Of a stretch of 64,000 bases of DNA, positions 28,932 through 42,673 are shown in pieces. The stretch covers positions 43,641,669 to 43,705,668 of the forward strand of contig CM074519.1 in the NCBI GenBank assembly GCA_037379345.1. The letters are read 5' to 3'. Under the pieces are notes generated by a model. That model ran no database searches. It saw only the letters and a program-made list of their open reading frames with translations, and was not told the origin of the DNA. The translations under genes were made by a program, and so were the position numbers. The stretch is from Perna viridis (taxonomy: Eukaryota). Each line of letters opens with the position of its first letter. Within the stretch, counting starts at the first letter, position 1.

Positions 28932-31575
28932 CATTCAAGAAACCAAGAGGTATTATCCAAGGGAGATAACTTGCAGGAACGATAATAGTGTCAGATGCTA
29001 GTCTAAATAAATAAAATCAGTAGTAGGAGCCAGGCAATGGATGATATCAGAATACTGTTATATTGTGCAATATTAATTATTTATGATAATGAGATAATTT
29101 TTATGGTTATATATATTGAAAGGGTTTTTATTTCCTTTCAACCATTGAACAAGAAGGATTTAAACAGCATTGCCTTGTATTGTTCTGAATAAAGGTTATT
29201 CTTGGTAAAATTTTGTTTCATTACCATATAGAGTTTTCTTAATATATATTTTTTGGTTGTCTTTGGGTGTCTGATCTAAAAAAAAAAAAAGAAGAAGATA
29301 CAACAAACAAATACACTATGTGCTAACAGTGCAAATTTGCGATCACCAATACAAAGTGAAATGTTTTATGATGAACTCCTGTCTCCCATTAATATGGGCT
29401 ACTTTAATAATGTCTGATTCTAGATAAGTAAATGACTATACTGATGCTAGTAAGTTTTGTTGGATTTGGGTTGATCGTTTAATTTCAATGAATAGTGAGA
29501 GTTTCAATGGTTTCCTATTATCTGATGATTGTTTTACTTGTGTGTGAATTATGTTAACATTTCACACACACTTGTGAAACCTAGTAACTTTTTCTCCATT
29601 GATGAATTAAGAACCACTACATTTTGTTTACTTGGGGTCCATAATTTGAAGGAAGTGATTGAGTTATTTTGAAAAGGTTGCCATTTTTTGGTAGAAAATT
29701 AAAAAAATTCCTAGTCTCTCTTTGGTTTGCTCTATATAAAGTATACAAATCTATATAAATAATTTCTGAGTGTTTTACCATAGTATTAACTAGGCTTTTT
29801 GATACATTCTCAGGTTAGTATTTAAAAGACCCTGTATATGATTGGATAGACAAAAGAGCCTTTTAAAAGTTAATTGCCAAAAAGATTTTTCCATTTTTGG
29901 CTCACCATTGCATTAGTGCCAACTCATGGCCATGTTCCAGATGAGCTATTTCCATCACTGTGTGCCTGTCATTGTCTGTCTTCATTAAAATCTTCTCCTC
30001 TGAAATCAGTCTGTGATATTATCAAATTTGAGAACCAACATCTTTGGGGAAAGGGGTGTGTAATGTTTGCAGACCAAGCATCAAACATGTCTGCAGTAGC
30101 TATTTTTGTAAAATCGCAAAAAAATTGCAGTAGTAAATTGGTATGGCTGTTGTCATCGTCTGTGTCATCTTCATCCGTAGATGCTTGGCTTTCATGCTAG
30201 AACTTGAGTTTCGATTGATCTTTATAAAATTTTAAAACAAGGTTCCAAACCACAAAAGATAGGATAGTATTGATTTTTGGGGCTATGTTCCCAACTGTTT
30301 TATAATTAGACAAGCATTTCATGGAATTTAACTATATAACTTTGATTAAAGCATTGGAATGTCTAGGATATTGTTCCACAATAGTCTACTTGTTCTATAA
30401 CACAATGATCAGAGTTGGATTGATTTTTGGGGTGAAGACTTGTTTTTTAGAAATTAGGGGCCAAAAAGGGAAACATGAGCATTTTCCCTATGTCCAGACA
30501 GTAACTTGACTATTGGTGAATGAATGGCTTTGATATTGTATAAGGTGCAATACCACAAAAGGCAGATATGGATTGATTTTTGGGGTTGTTAATTTCTGGT
30601 CTATTTTTTCATTGGATATAAAGGGCCAAAGAGGACCATGTCCCAAAAATTGGAACTAATTTATTTTTGGTGCGCTTCAGAATTTTTTTTCCATTGAATT
30701 CCACAAGAAAATCCCAGCCTCAATACAAGTTTTAAGAAGAATGCTTTCCAAATCTTTTTTTTAGGTTGATCCATTAATGCACCATGAAGCAGACCTTTGT
30801 ACTTAAATTGAATTTCAAAATATTGTGCAATATTGTGTCCAAAATGAGTTGTCGTATCCATAATGAACTGTAAGTCCTATGTTAAGTATGTCAAAAACTA
30901 ATTTTGTGTCCACACTTGCCCGTAGTGAACAGAGTTCAACTGTCTGCGGTCGTATCATGCTGCGTTCGGTGGAGCCTTTTATTAGCCTATAACTAGATGG
31001 AAATTTTCAATTGTTGAAATTATCGGTAAGACAATGCTACAAAAGGTGTCATTGTTCAGGGTTTGACGACTCAATTTAGGAATTATTGCCCTTGACCAAT
31101 TGTGTTTCGGTTGTATACTAACTTGAAAACAGTAACAGATTAAAAAAAAACCTTAATGTTATAATCCTTATAGCAATATTAAGTCCTATAGCGTTCAAGT
31201 TGTTTAATGATTCCATATTAGAGTTGTCGTTAAAAGTTAAAAAAGACATATTTTACAAGGTGAACGAATCACCCTGCGTAGAGTCTCTCGTTTTACATTG
31301 TTGATGCCTTATGTCTGACTTCAACTTTTAAAGGTCTTCCACCACTTCCACTCTGATCAGAGTTTTGTCAAACATTTAATCGAAGATCTATAACAAGTTT
31401 TAATGTTGGTGTCCGTACTTGTCCCATCTTCTCCGGGTTCAACCTTTGCAGTAATATCAAGCTGTGGCTTGCGAAGCATTTTATTATTTTTTTCCATTAA
31501 AAAACTGGAAGTGCAATATAATTAATTTTAATAGTAATTCAATTCATTTTTATAAAGCATACTTGTTGATACCAT

Positions 31576-34500
31576 TCACAAGAAAAGATCATCTGCAGAA
31601 CTAAGATGGCTGAGAACATCTGTTGATGAATCAGTTGTATAAAATGTGTCTGAAATTGATCCACTGTCATGTACAGGGAATACACAAAACTCAGTCGATA
31701 ATGGTGTATTGCTTATTGTTGCTGCCTGTTTGTTCTCGCAACATATAGATCTCACTGTTAGTTCTAAAGGAGTGGAACCGTTAGGTTCGATGATTTCATT
31801 AGTATGACTACCTGCAGTACCAGTGTTGATAGTATCTGGGGTAGAATTTGACGAATTGTCGACACTTTCATAAAGTGTAACAGTGTTGACAGTTGAGTTC
31901 AAGTCCTGTATCTCTGCTAATGATTCTGTGGAAAATTGTCCCTCTTCATTGAAGACTTCGGAACTTGAATCACTCCCATCCTGTACAGAGACTATGAATC
32001 TTCTATCTAACCTGTTACCAACAGGACATGACTCACTATCATGTAGACTTTCAAAAGTAAACTGGTTACCACTATAGCTATCACTCAGAGACATTCTAGC
32101 ATTATCATGCTGGCCACTCGTATCTACTCTATGGCTGGGCGCTATGTAGAATTCGTGGTGTTGTAGCTCGGTAGGTTGGCACCCACCGCCTAAAACACAA
32201 TCCCATTCTGTAGGCTCAAAGTCTTCGTATTCCCAGGATCCAAGTAGATCATTAACTGTAACGTTGGTTGCTGATGACCTGCTGTTGTCTTCGCTGACAT
32301 TAGATGCAAAGCGAGTGCAGTTGCCACCATGGTAAGCTGTGAGGTGTTGAGAAAGACCTGTAGTAGGACTGGCTTCGGTGAGATATCGTATTTCTACAGA
32401 AGTATTTGGTATCATGGTTTCAATATAACCTCCACATCCTGTGGATGCTACTAAAGGTAATTGACCTGAATTTGTTTGCTCTCCCGAAACTACTCCAGGA
32501 GTTGATGTTCCTTGTAAGAGTTCAACATTTTGAGGACTGACTGACTTTGTTCTTCCAACCTGTTCTTCTGTGCAGGATCTTACGTTACCATGGAAATCGC
32601 TACCAGTTTCTTCCAGTTTAATTCTTTTTTTAGGAATATAGGATTCGGGATCATCTTCTGTTTCAGAATTCACTTCAACGCTGCTATTCTCATCATCATC
32701 ATCGGTTGCTTCATCATCAGCTTCCACTTCAACATCTTCATCTGTTTCATCGCTTTCGCTATCATCTGGGTAATCATTATCTGCTTCGTTGATATCCATG
32801 AACTCAGGCTGAAATTCTTCATCACTTTCATCGTTGCTATCAAACATTAACGCTGCAAAGACACCACCTTCATCATCTGTAATATCATTCTCGTCATCGT
32901 CGTTATTTTCCTCTCTATCTCCGTTATTTTCTGTATCCTCTTGATTTTCATCATTCTCAACCTCAACATTTTCATTGTTTACATTGGCATCAACATGTGC
33001 ATCGTTATTATTTCCAGCTTCGTTCTCGTTTTCTTGATTATCCGGCCTTTCGTTATTTTCATTGTTGTTATCAACCTGAGGGACTATGACATCTTCGTTT
33101 CCATCATTTCCTTCACCATTTTCATCTTCTACGTCTTCATTATTTCCTACTTCATTAATAATGGCTTGTTGGTTATCTTCATTTTCATTTCCTACTTCTG
33201 GGTTATTATCAACATTGGCATCATCCCCATTAGCTCTTTCTCCTCCATTCTCAATATTTACACCTTGGACGTCAACATTTTCTGCCTCATCATTGACTTG
33301 GTCTACATTATTTCCAATTACTGCGTTTCCCCCACCATGGATATCATCTTCGTTTTCAGATTCTTCAGTTTCATCTTCAGTATCCTCTTCTTCCTCCTCG
33401 GATGATATCGCCTGTGTTGTTATTATCACATTTGGATTTCTCTGATTAATTGCTTGGACAAGTTGTTTTCTGATGAATAATAAGTACCGCAACTCTGACT
33501 CATTTAAACCTAAAACTCCAAGATTCAGGGAACGAAGGTCTGGAATAAATAAAATCGAAATATGAACACAGAAATCCGAGATTTAAGGAACAGAAGTCTG
33601 AAAAGAAGTGAAAAATATATGGGGTATATACCTAGAACTCCTTGAGTTCCAGGAGGCTTCATGTTTATGGGTGTCTGAAAAAAATCTAACATTGAAATCA
33701 AGTAACTATACTCTTGGAATCATAAAGCAAAGATAATCTATCGTCAGAGGGTCAAGACATTCCTTTGAGAACACAGATTTATACCATTTGATCGTTTTAC
33801 ATAGCCAGATGTGACACGAGTAACTCTGGGTATTTTTACTGTAGTGCACAATACGCTTAGCTACCCTACCAGTGCATCGGATTCTTCTAAGTTTTTATTT
33901 TGTGAATTTATAATTTTTAAAAATCGTTTTTAAATAATATAACTGAACTTATCTATGGAACGCAATAAGGGCCTTAAGATAAAGGTAAACGTTATAGATG
34001 GTGCAGTTAATGAATTACATTACAATTAATTTGTTGCACCGGGCTGTGTGTTTTACGTATTATATTGTGAATTGGATATTAGTAGTAATTCATTATCTGC
34101 GCCATCTATAACATTATCTTTGTCTTCTGGGCCTTTATGGCGTTCCATACTTATCATTGTCACTTTTATAAGCTATGCTGACTAAAGCGTCGGCTTACAG
34201 TGCTAGACAATCACACTATTTGTGCTGAGCTAAGACTAGTACAACACAATGTTGGTATTGGTCGTTTTGTATCACGTGATACTGGTAGACAAGAAAATCG
34301 CGATTTTAAGACAAGGCAAATTAAGTTTAAGAGAGGTGACATAGACTACTTACTTATATGGTGGTGTTGTTGCATCTGACAGATCTTTTCCACCGTGTTT
34401 ACAGACATTCTACAGAACAGACTGAGATCTCTGACTCTCTGGCATCTGCTGAGAAAATATAGGATCTCATCATCAACCGGCATGTGTTTGTCTAGATGTA

Positions 34501-36555
34501 AGCTGAAACTCCCTGTAACATATAATACATTAGTGTGTACAAAGACAGTTCAATGACGACGCCGTGGGTAATTCACTGTTATCGGTGGCGCTGCATGGTA
34601 TACTAATAATCACTTTTAGTCTCCTTGTTTTGGCGGAGACTATAGATTTTCAATACGTGAGTCCAGTAATTTGCCCATCACATACATACTGTCATACCTT
34701 TTGTTTTCCTACCGCTGTGACATCTTGGCATTGTTCACCTTCAGTGAGTTTTGGCAAAATTACATTTAATATACAGAACTTTGCACTTGGTAACTTTCAT
34801 GAAAATATCCTCCTTCATTTCTGAATGTTTTAAGATGTTGAGATGACCTTTGGTGTTGTGGGAATACAAATCAAATTTACGGTTAAATCCATTTTTTAGA
34901 AAAAATCATAAAGTAGTAATTATCCCCCAAAAAAATTATTGTACTACTAGTATGTCAATAACTTGTACTCATTTTGCCTAATTCGTAGAAAGAGAAGTAC
35001 ATCGAACAGATAACGGTGTTTTGAGGGTAGAATATTATTTTGTCCTTTGAATTAAAATTTGTGTAAAAAGAGCACATTAAAACTCCTGCTGTTATTCAGG
35101 GAATTTAACTAATGTCATAGTTTGTGAAACTCGAAGCAATTAAACCAGACCAAATAAACTAGCACTAAAAATCGACCATAACTAGTATAATGTACCATGC
35201 AAATGCACCACTAGATTAATCACCATTCCTTTCTCCAAACTCAAGCTAAGCTAATTAGTTTATATAAACAAGAATAGACAGAACAATCCCTTACAAATGT
35301 ATCACAAACATATGTTTATTTAACATCTTATCGAGGGACTGGACCCTTAAAAGTTAAAGTAATTTTATCGTGATGTTAGCTTGGCTGTTAAGCAACTCTA
35401 TATTTCACAATGTTATAATTATTTTATCGTGATGTACGAGAGGAAAGTTAGCTATTAAGCAACTCTATTCCACAATGTTATAATTACTGTCTATCAGGCG
35501 TCAAAACGCCTTTCATGTTAGTAAACCTACCAATTCTGTCTTGTATTTCACTTACCAAGAGTATCAGAGTAGACATTTCCGATGTGATGAATCAGTCCAC
35601 ACAGTCTTTGTAAGCTTTCCATTCTATTTTCAACAATCGCAGGCCAAGCAATGATATCAACCTCGTACATTGGGATTGTCTCTGGTAAGGCATGATGTAT
35701 TGTATGACGGAATCCTGCGGCGTACAAATAAAATATGACTTTAGTAGAAGGACAGTCGTATTTAAAGTTGGTCCATTCTTCTGGTGGTATGAGGCAGTTG
35801 TTGACATCGTTATCAATAGTTAATGTTAGTTTGTCCATTTTCTTTTGTTTTGCAAACATTCTGAGAATGCTTCCACACATTGTGTTATAATTGGTGTAGA
35901 TGTATTCCAGTGCTATTAGTTTAACTATTGCCTCTCGGTATCGTGTTATAGAAACTGGTGTAACATCGGTCTGGAACATGTCTTCCATGTAGAAAATCTT
36001 AAGTTTTCTAGCAGCCACTCCGCGACCAAGAGCTTCTAGTATGCGACAACCGTCAATTAGTGACATTCGTGCTGCTATCAGATTCAATACTTCTAAATTA
36101 CGACAACGGCGGAGAAATCGGCAGAGAGCCGAAACAACTCTATTCTTTGACGCTACAAAATGCCAGTTACGTTCCATATTGGCGTGGAAAAGTGTAAACT
36201 CTTTGATTTGTATACCCGGAGTCGTAGCCAATTTCTTTAAGAAGAATTCTGTAGCTAGTGATATAGATTTCACCGTTCGATATGTTGGCCCGTGAAATCT
36301 TATAGTCAACGTTCTTAAGTGTTTTCCGAACCGTTGTACATATCGCCATGCCCTCTCGGCAGAATCCATGGCATTGAAACCACCAACGCTTACACATCTT
36401 TGGCGCCAAAGCAATGGGGTTTCGAAGAGTCGCTTCCAGTTCTTGCACACCAGTGCGGTTTCGACACGTTCATGGTCTGAAAGGCATTTATATATCTCAA
36501 GTAAGGCAACATCAGGAAGGTTTGCCCATTCATCTTTTACTGCAACTTCGTCCAT
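31576..36555 (-). CDS. FBXO39-like F-box/LRR-like protein paralog with very long acidic, low-complexity C-terminal extension, 3 exons, ~1040 aa
   Basis: Exons 36555-35556, 34512-34354 and 33539-31576 (phase 1/1, 3123 nt). F-box WANLPDVALLEIYKCLSDHERVETALVCKNWKRLFETPLLW, with MEDMF and NYN motifs. Exon 2 (GSFSLHLDKHMPVDDEILYFLSRC) and the start of exon 3 (NLRSLNLGVLGLNESE) align with the + strand paralog. The 638-aa ORF in the track is the last exon. Confidence 0.85.
33954..34149. mobile_element. MITE-like element with long imperfect TIRs
   Basis: tatggaacgcaataagggcc..ttatagatggtgcag..aatgaattac vs gtaattcatt..ctgcgccatctataa..ggcctttatggcgttccata. Confidence 0.75.
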
Positions 36556-36890
36556 TTTTGCTGTTATTATTACGAAATATATCTACATTATTCTTCACAT
36601 TGACAAAACAGTGAATCTTTCTAACACGAGTATGGCAACGCGGACGTCACAGTGAATGAGGAAGGAGTCATGCCATTCGAAAGAAAATTGTTGTCAAATT
36701 GGTTGCATGTAGATTTTTCGCTTGAGTATAAACTTTAAATTTAAAATAAAATAGGCATTCCATGAATTTTTTTTTTAAAATCCCTTTTAGCAATTATTGT
36801 ATACGCTTAGATAACAACGTTAACGTCACTGAGCAGAGCGATGGGCTTCATAGATACGTCCAACGCTAGCTTAGTAACGCTTCTCAGTGC
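36556..36890. promoter_or_regulatory. Bidirectional promoter between the two FBXO39-like genes
   Basis: 335 bp between the ORF starts. CRE-like gacgtcac (36643-36650) and aacgtcac (36822-36829); RFX half-site-like tggcaac (36633-36639) and tagtaac (36872-36878). Confidence 0.55.
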
Positions 36891-39778
36891 ATGGAAAGAT
36901 TGTGGATCGTGAAGAAAGTGAGTACATTATTAACATCCATGTCCAGAGTATTCGGTTCCGAGATGGAGGAAGTACAGTCGAGGTGGGTCAACATACCAGA
37001 TGTCGTCATGATAGAAATATACAAATGTTTAAAAGACAAGGACCGTGCCGCGGCAGCCCAAGTGTGTAAATCATGGGCAAGACTCTTCAAAACACCCTGC
37101 TTATGGCGTTCTCGACACTTTGAGATGGGTGGCTATAAGGCGCATCTTAATGGAAGTCGCGCTTGTGCATTTGCAAATCTCTTTGGAAGCTACGTGCGAT
37201 ATTTGTCGATTTCCTGCAGTCATCCATCGTATCATACGACAAAGGTGTTTCAGAAAGCCATTGATGATGTATTTGGGAAAATGCGACAAGCACAACTATC
37301 AGAATTCGAACTAGAGAGATTAGAATTGGAGCGATATTGGAAATACGAGACACCCCGAGACAGGCTAATATCTTGTTTTGTGCGATTCTTTAAATCACAG
37401 AAATATCTTAGAACGTTTGATATGACTGCGGCGCAGTGCAACTTGGAAGGTGGAATAAGAATGTTACAAACACTCGGAACAAGTTGTGGAGAAAAAATCG
37501 AGGACCTGTATATAGAAGATTTCTTTCATTCTAGAATTGCAGTTTTCCAATCAGATCGTTACAGAGAGTCCATTTTTAAGTTTACAAATTTGAATTATCT
37601 AGGAATAAATTACAATTGCATCTCGGATGAAATAATTGAAGCATTGTCAAAAACTCTAGAAGGCAGATTAGAATGCATGAATATTAAAGTTTACAAAAAC
37701 GATCCACACTTCCATACAGTTAGCCGCAACAGTTGGTTCTTGCTGCGTCGGAAATGTCCCAAGTTAAAGGTCACAATTTGGTTTGAGAGTATAGGTCATG
37801 CTTCGGATATAGTACCTGTGTTAGTTAAGGAGATCCCTTTAAAGGACTTACATGTATGGACCGGGTATGATGACGAGCTTGAGTGGAGATTGGCGACAAC
37901 TATAGACCACATAGCCACATCTTACAGTACTACTCTCAGTAAGCGTTCATAACTTAATTCAAAGTTAACATAATTCGTAGTCAAAACAACAGCTATAATG
38001 GGATAATTTTGGTGCAGTATTCAAATTCGTCATGTCATCGTAATGTAATCACGAACATTTTCTGGTAGTGTCTACTTATTTCAAAAGTTCCATTAAAAAA
38101 TAGTTTTATTGCACACAAATTTCTATAAAGAGTAATGTTACCTACACAGCCATATATGTCACACATGAGAACCATATGGTTTGCGACATATGATACTAGT
38201 AATCATATGAAACGAGCGTGATATGATAATCATATGGTTCAGTTTCCATATGATTATCGCGTGATCATCATACGATAATCATATGCTTTCAGGCCAAAAT
38301 TAACATATGAGAATCATATGACTATCATTTGTAAATTATCTTGTGATTATCATATGGCTTTCATATGATTATCATATAAATCGAGCACCATATGATTACC
38401 GATACCATATGTGGCACATTTGGTTATGTACGGTGGGATATATTTGGTTGACAAGTTTTCTTTATCATAATCATATCTCCTTTGTTTAGAATCACTGTCT
38501 TTGGAGTTAGACAACAACCACGAATTAGTTGATGAAAATTTACTGAGATTGTTACAACGATGTAAAAACCTACAACATCTGACATTGAATGCCATTATCG
38601 TCGTCGGAACAGCCAGGGACATCTGCCAGTTACAGTCGGAGAAGAAAATAAGTAAGTACCAAGTCCTATCATCGGGATCGGTTCTCACTGCCAACGTACA
38701 GCCGTCTGGTGTGCTACATGTTGTTAGTGTGGGTGAATACTTACAATTTATAGACCTCGAAGAGAAGACATGTAGTTTTGGGAAAAAAGAAAAAGATGCA
38801 CATTACAGTACAAGTGTGCTTATATCTCGTATATATCGTTTAGGTTTCAGCCGCTAATTGATATTTCTCAGACTAGTAAATCTTTACTTTGGGTGAGCGT
38901 TGATGTGTGATACTCGTCTGCTGCAATATTCGGTAGATCCATTTGCTAAGATTAAGATAATTTTAAACTAACTCCAACGAGGAAATATAATTCACATTAT
39001 AATATCAAGACTCAATAGCAGTAATTCATGTACTTATCTAGTAATATCATTACATTTATATAACAGGTTAAAGAGTTGGGATACATTACTGAAATCTCGT
39101 TTGAACTTTGTATACAATAAAATAAAATTTACCACTTGATACTGAAAAAGGCATTGTTAAAAAAAAGCAAAAATTCTTTTTATTCCATATCCATCACTAT
39201 TCATTCAATCATGAATGCTTATATGAAAACACAATACTATCTAAAGTAAATATACCAATATGTCATATATTTAGATTAAAATGTAACTTTTTTGTATATG
39301 CATTATAAGTGTTTGTTTCAACCCTATATCGCCTGCCCTATATCACATACCTTCACAGAACGTACTTGGAGTATGGTAAAAATATGATATAATGAACATG
39401 ACATGTTAAAATCTGTATCACATACTGTATCAACCCTCGACCTATATTATCCCGCGGACCGACGGCCCTTGGGGTGATCTAGGAGTCTCGGGTTGATACA
39501 GTATGTGATACAGATTTTAACACGTAATATCCAGTATATAAAAGGACTAAAAGTTATTTAATATCTAAAAGCAAATAAAAACATTTCTGCAAAGTTTCAT
39601 TGTAACCATACTGTATTTTATAGATTTAAAGTCGATGCATCTAACAGCCTGTGGTTTATCTGAAGCTGAATGGGTAACAATATGTCACTTCAGGGACGAG
39701 TATAGTGAAATGCTGAAGCAACAGAACTTAGACTTCAGATTCAGTACGGATTTATTGGTAGATTTAGACCCCATGTGA
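36891..39778 (+). CDS. FBXO39: F-box only protein 39-like, 3 exons, ~430-454 aa (start at 36891, 36939 or 36963)
   Basis: Exons 36891-37938, 38490-38651, 39624-39778. F-box WVNIPDVVMIEIYKCLKDKDRAAAAQVCKSW. Motifs recalled from vertebrate FBXO39: LELER, IEDFFHSRIAVF, NYNCISDEIIE, DPHFHTV, KEIPL, DNNHELVDE. Confidence 0.88.
38139..38434. mobile_element. MITE-like element dense in CATATG / GATTATCATATG motifs
   Basis: About 10 CATATG copies between imperfect inverted termini (acctacacagccatatatgtcacacatg / catatgtggcacatttggttatgtacggt). Confidence 0.6.
39340..39540. repeat. Interspersed hairpin-containing repeat, copy 2
   Basis: ~50-bp stem tgttaaaatctgtatcacatactgtatcaaccc / gggttgatacagtatgtgatacagattttaaca around a GC-rich centre; homologous to 2851-3047. 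Confidence 0.8.
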
Positions 39779-42673
39779 TGATAGGGGTATACTTTATCGG
39801 ATGCTTTAGAGTTTGGAATTATTTGGGGTTTTTATATTGTAAAAATTGAATATAATATAGAATGTTGAATGAATTATACGTTAAAGTCCTGGATTGTAAA
39901 TTATAAATATGTGTAATAATTTCTTTTACAATACATGATTTTTAGTCAAGCAAACTTTAAAACATTGAAATATATATATAATGAAGTGGTAAATGAAGAT
40001 TAGATGTGTTTTTTTCTTTGGATTTAGATATGATTTTTGCTAGGCATGTTACTTCTTTCATTTCAACCATACAAATAATGTTATACAACATACACACTGT
40101 ATAAACATGACCAGATGTAGTAGTATTTGTGAATTCAGACACTTTATTTTTTTTAAATCACTTTTCTATAAAAAGTTGAAATGGACCTTTTTTCAGTTGG
40201 AAAAGAAAATGTTTGCTTTGTCTACATTTACTTCCCTGTTAAGTACTAGTATCACAAATCATAACAAAAATATTCATAAATCATATTCCGAAGTTTGTAA
40301 TGTATAAAAAAAATGTCAAATCTAATTTTTTTAAAATTTTCATAAAAGATTTGAAAATGTTATTGTGTACTTTATAGTGTATGAGACATAGGTTTCATGG
40401 GTATTCATGTACACCCCCCTTTTCCAGCCTTCAATCTCTAGGACTGGTTTGGTAGTTGGTCATTTCAACATTATTTCATTCGTGAATTAATGTCAAAACA
40501 TTGTGTTTACTGATACATTTATATCTGAATGCCTAGGACTATCTGTAATTTGTTTTTGTACTTAATTTTCATTGAAAATCTATTTAAGATGTATATATAT
40601 ACATTAAGGTTTGTATATAATTCACCTGGCCATAGCCATTAACAGTTTTTGAGATGTAGGTCTGTGTTTTATGTTGCTTATAAAGCTATTTAGGCTTGCT
40701 TCCATGACTATACAAGACTTGACTTGAAACAAAGAAACACTTGTCCACAACAACAGAATTTATATATCTAATTTTACTTGGCATAGTACATGTATGTAGT
40801 ACTGTTTTAACTGAGATTAGAGTGTCTGATATGCAGCATGTATAATGTCATACAGTGTACTTTAGTCTATCAAATTTTACTGGAATTCCACAATGTCAAA
40901 TTTTAATTGTCATAACTTTATGTCACAGTGTTCTATTAAAACACTGAATGTGAGCTCAAAACAGAACATCCCCACTCAACTTGGACTGCAATAGTAATAC
41001 ATGTACATGTTCTTGGAAGCACTTGACATCATCTCTACATGTGATGCTAAAACTTTGCTTAAATCCCATAGCAATTTGTGGAAAGCTACTTCTTTAAAGG
41101 TATAGGCTAACATGTAAAACATTTCAAGTTGTTTCCCTTCAAATTGTTTAGCTCTTATTACCTTGCTTCATCATCATTTACAACAACTGAACAAAGTTTC
41201 ATGTAAATCAATCAAACAATCAAAGAGCAAAACTTCAGCAAACAAAATATATAAACAGGTAGATATCAACTGGTATCGTTGAATTGTCTAAATACTGCAT
41301 TTGTTTTATGCAGGTAGTTATAAGTAATTTTGCACTATTGCTATACGTGATTCATTCAATGACAAAATGCTAGGTATGGTCTTTGCCACTCCAAATATTT
41401 TGGATAGACAAAAAGAAGACATGTAAATTATTTGTTTAGTATACAATTTTGAATGTTTATTACAACTCATCCAGATCAAAAATAGGTCATTAACGAAACT
41501 TTAATGACTCCAATTCATGTGTCCCCTTGGTCTTGGCACTTTGGGTATTTCAAATGATAAACTTTTCACATAGCTCCATTTGCTATTTGCTATGATTCAT
41601 GATTCATGATGAATATTTAGTGAACAATTTAAAATGTCAAACTTCAGTCTCTTGTCAGATATTATATAGTACCACTGAAGCTGCATTTATACTTGCATTT
41701 GCATGTATTTATTTCATGTTTATGCTACATGTACTTCATGATATTCAATATTTTTTGGCTGTATTTTATAAAAATAATCTGCAAAGTCCTGAAGTCGGTC
41801 ACAATCCCTAGAACATAATTCTGCTGTAAAAATTCATGGAAAATACCAAGATTCAAAGATAGGTGTTAAGTGTAAGTCTCTGTCAGAATCAGGCAGTGGG
41901 TGAAACATGGTATGAAAATAAAAACAACCATTTGACTATTTGCACCATCAGAATCAAGGTAAACGTACAATATTTTCTGTATCATTTTAGTAATTTGAGC
42001 TATTATTATATTGAAATGTACTGAAAATGAAAATTTCAAAAGCAAAGTTAATGACTAAGCCAAAAATCTGTTAAAAACAGACAATTTGTTAACTTTCTCC
42101 TTTTTTTATTTAACAATGAAATAAGTACAAAACAAAACAAAGGTTTAAAACTATTGCAACATACTGATATACAAATAAAATTCATGTGCAAATATTAAGA
42201 AAATATCTTGATAAAAATTGAAAATATCAATTGCCAAGGGAGATAATTCTTAAATTTTGTTACATTCAGGAGATGGGAAATTACTGTAAATAACAATTTT
42301 AAAAGTTATAAGACAGTATTGAGAAAATTCCCATTTCAGTTATAAATTCTGCACTAGAAATTTTAGTTACAGTGATAACACATCACATTAATTCCTAATG
42401 CTATAGCTCAAAGTATTATAAACAAAAAAAGCAGATTCTAAACTGCTGTACAATTTCATTCAGTCATATGAACGTTATCATCAATACCCTTATAATTACT
42501 CTTCAATACAGTACCAAACATATATATCCACAACAACTTTATCTCAACCAAGTTGATATAATGATTTAATACATCAGTCACTTTTTAATTGCTGCAACAT
42601 CTAGCACCACCATCTACTTGGCTAGCCCAGACTCTTGTGTCTACTGATTTCATATACACTTTACATGTCATCT

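Noticed and set aside
32590-33445. Hydrophobic + strand ORFs (Ile/Phe- or Ser-rich)
   Set aside because: These are antisense shadows of the GAA/GAT/AAT-rich acidic exon.
31576-33492. Stand-alone 638-aa acidic protein
   Set aside because: It starts at a non-ATG codon and is preceded by a good acceptor at 33540 in phase with the F-box exons, so it is treated as the last exon.
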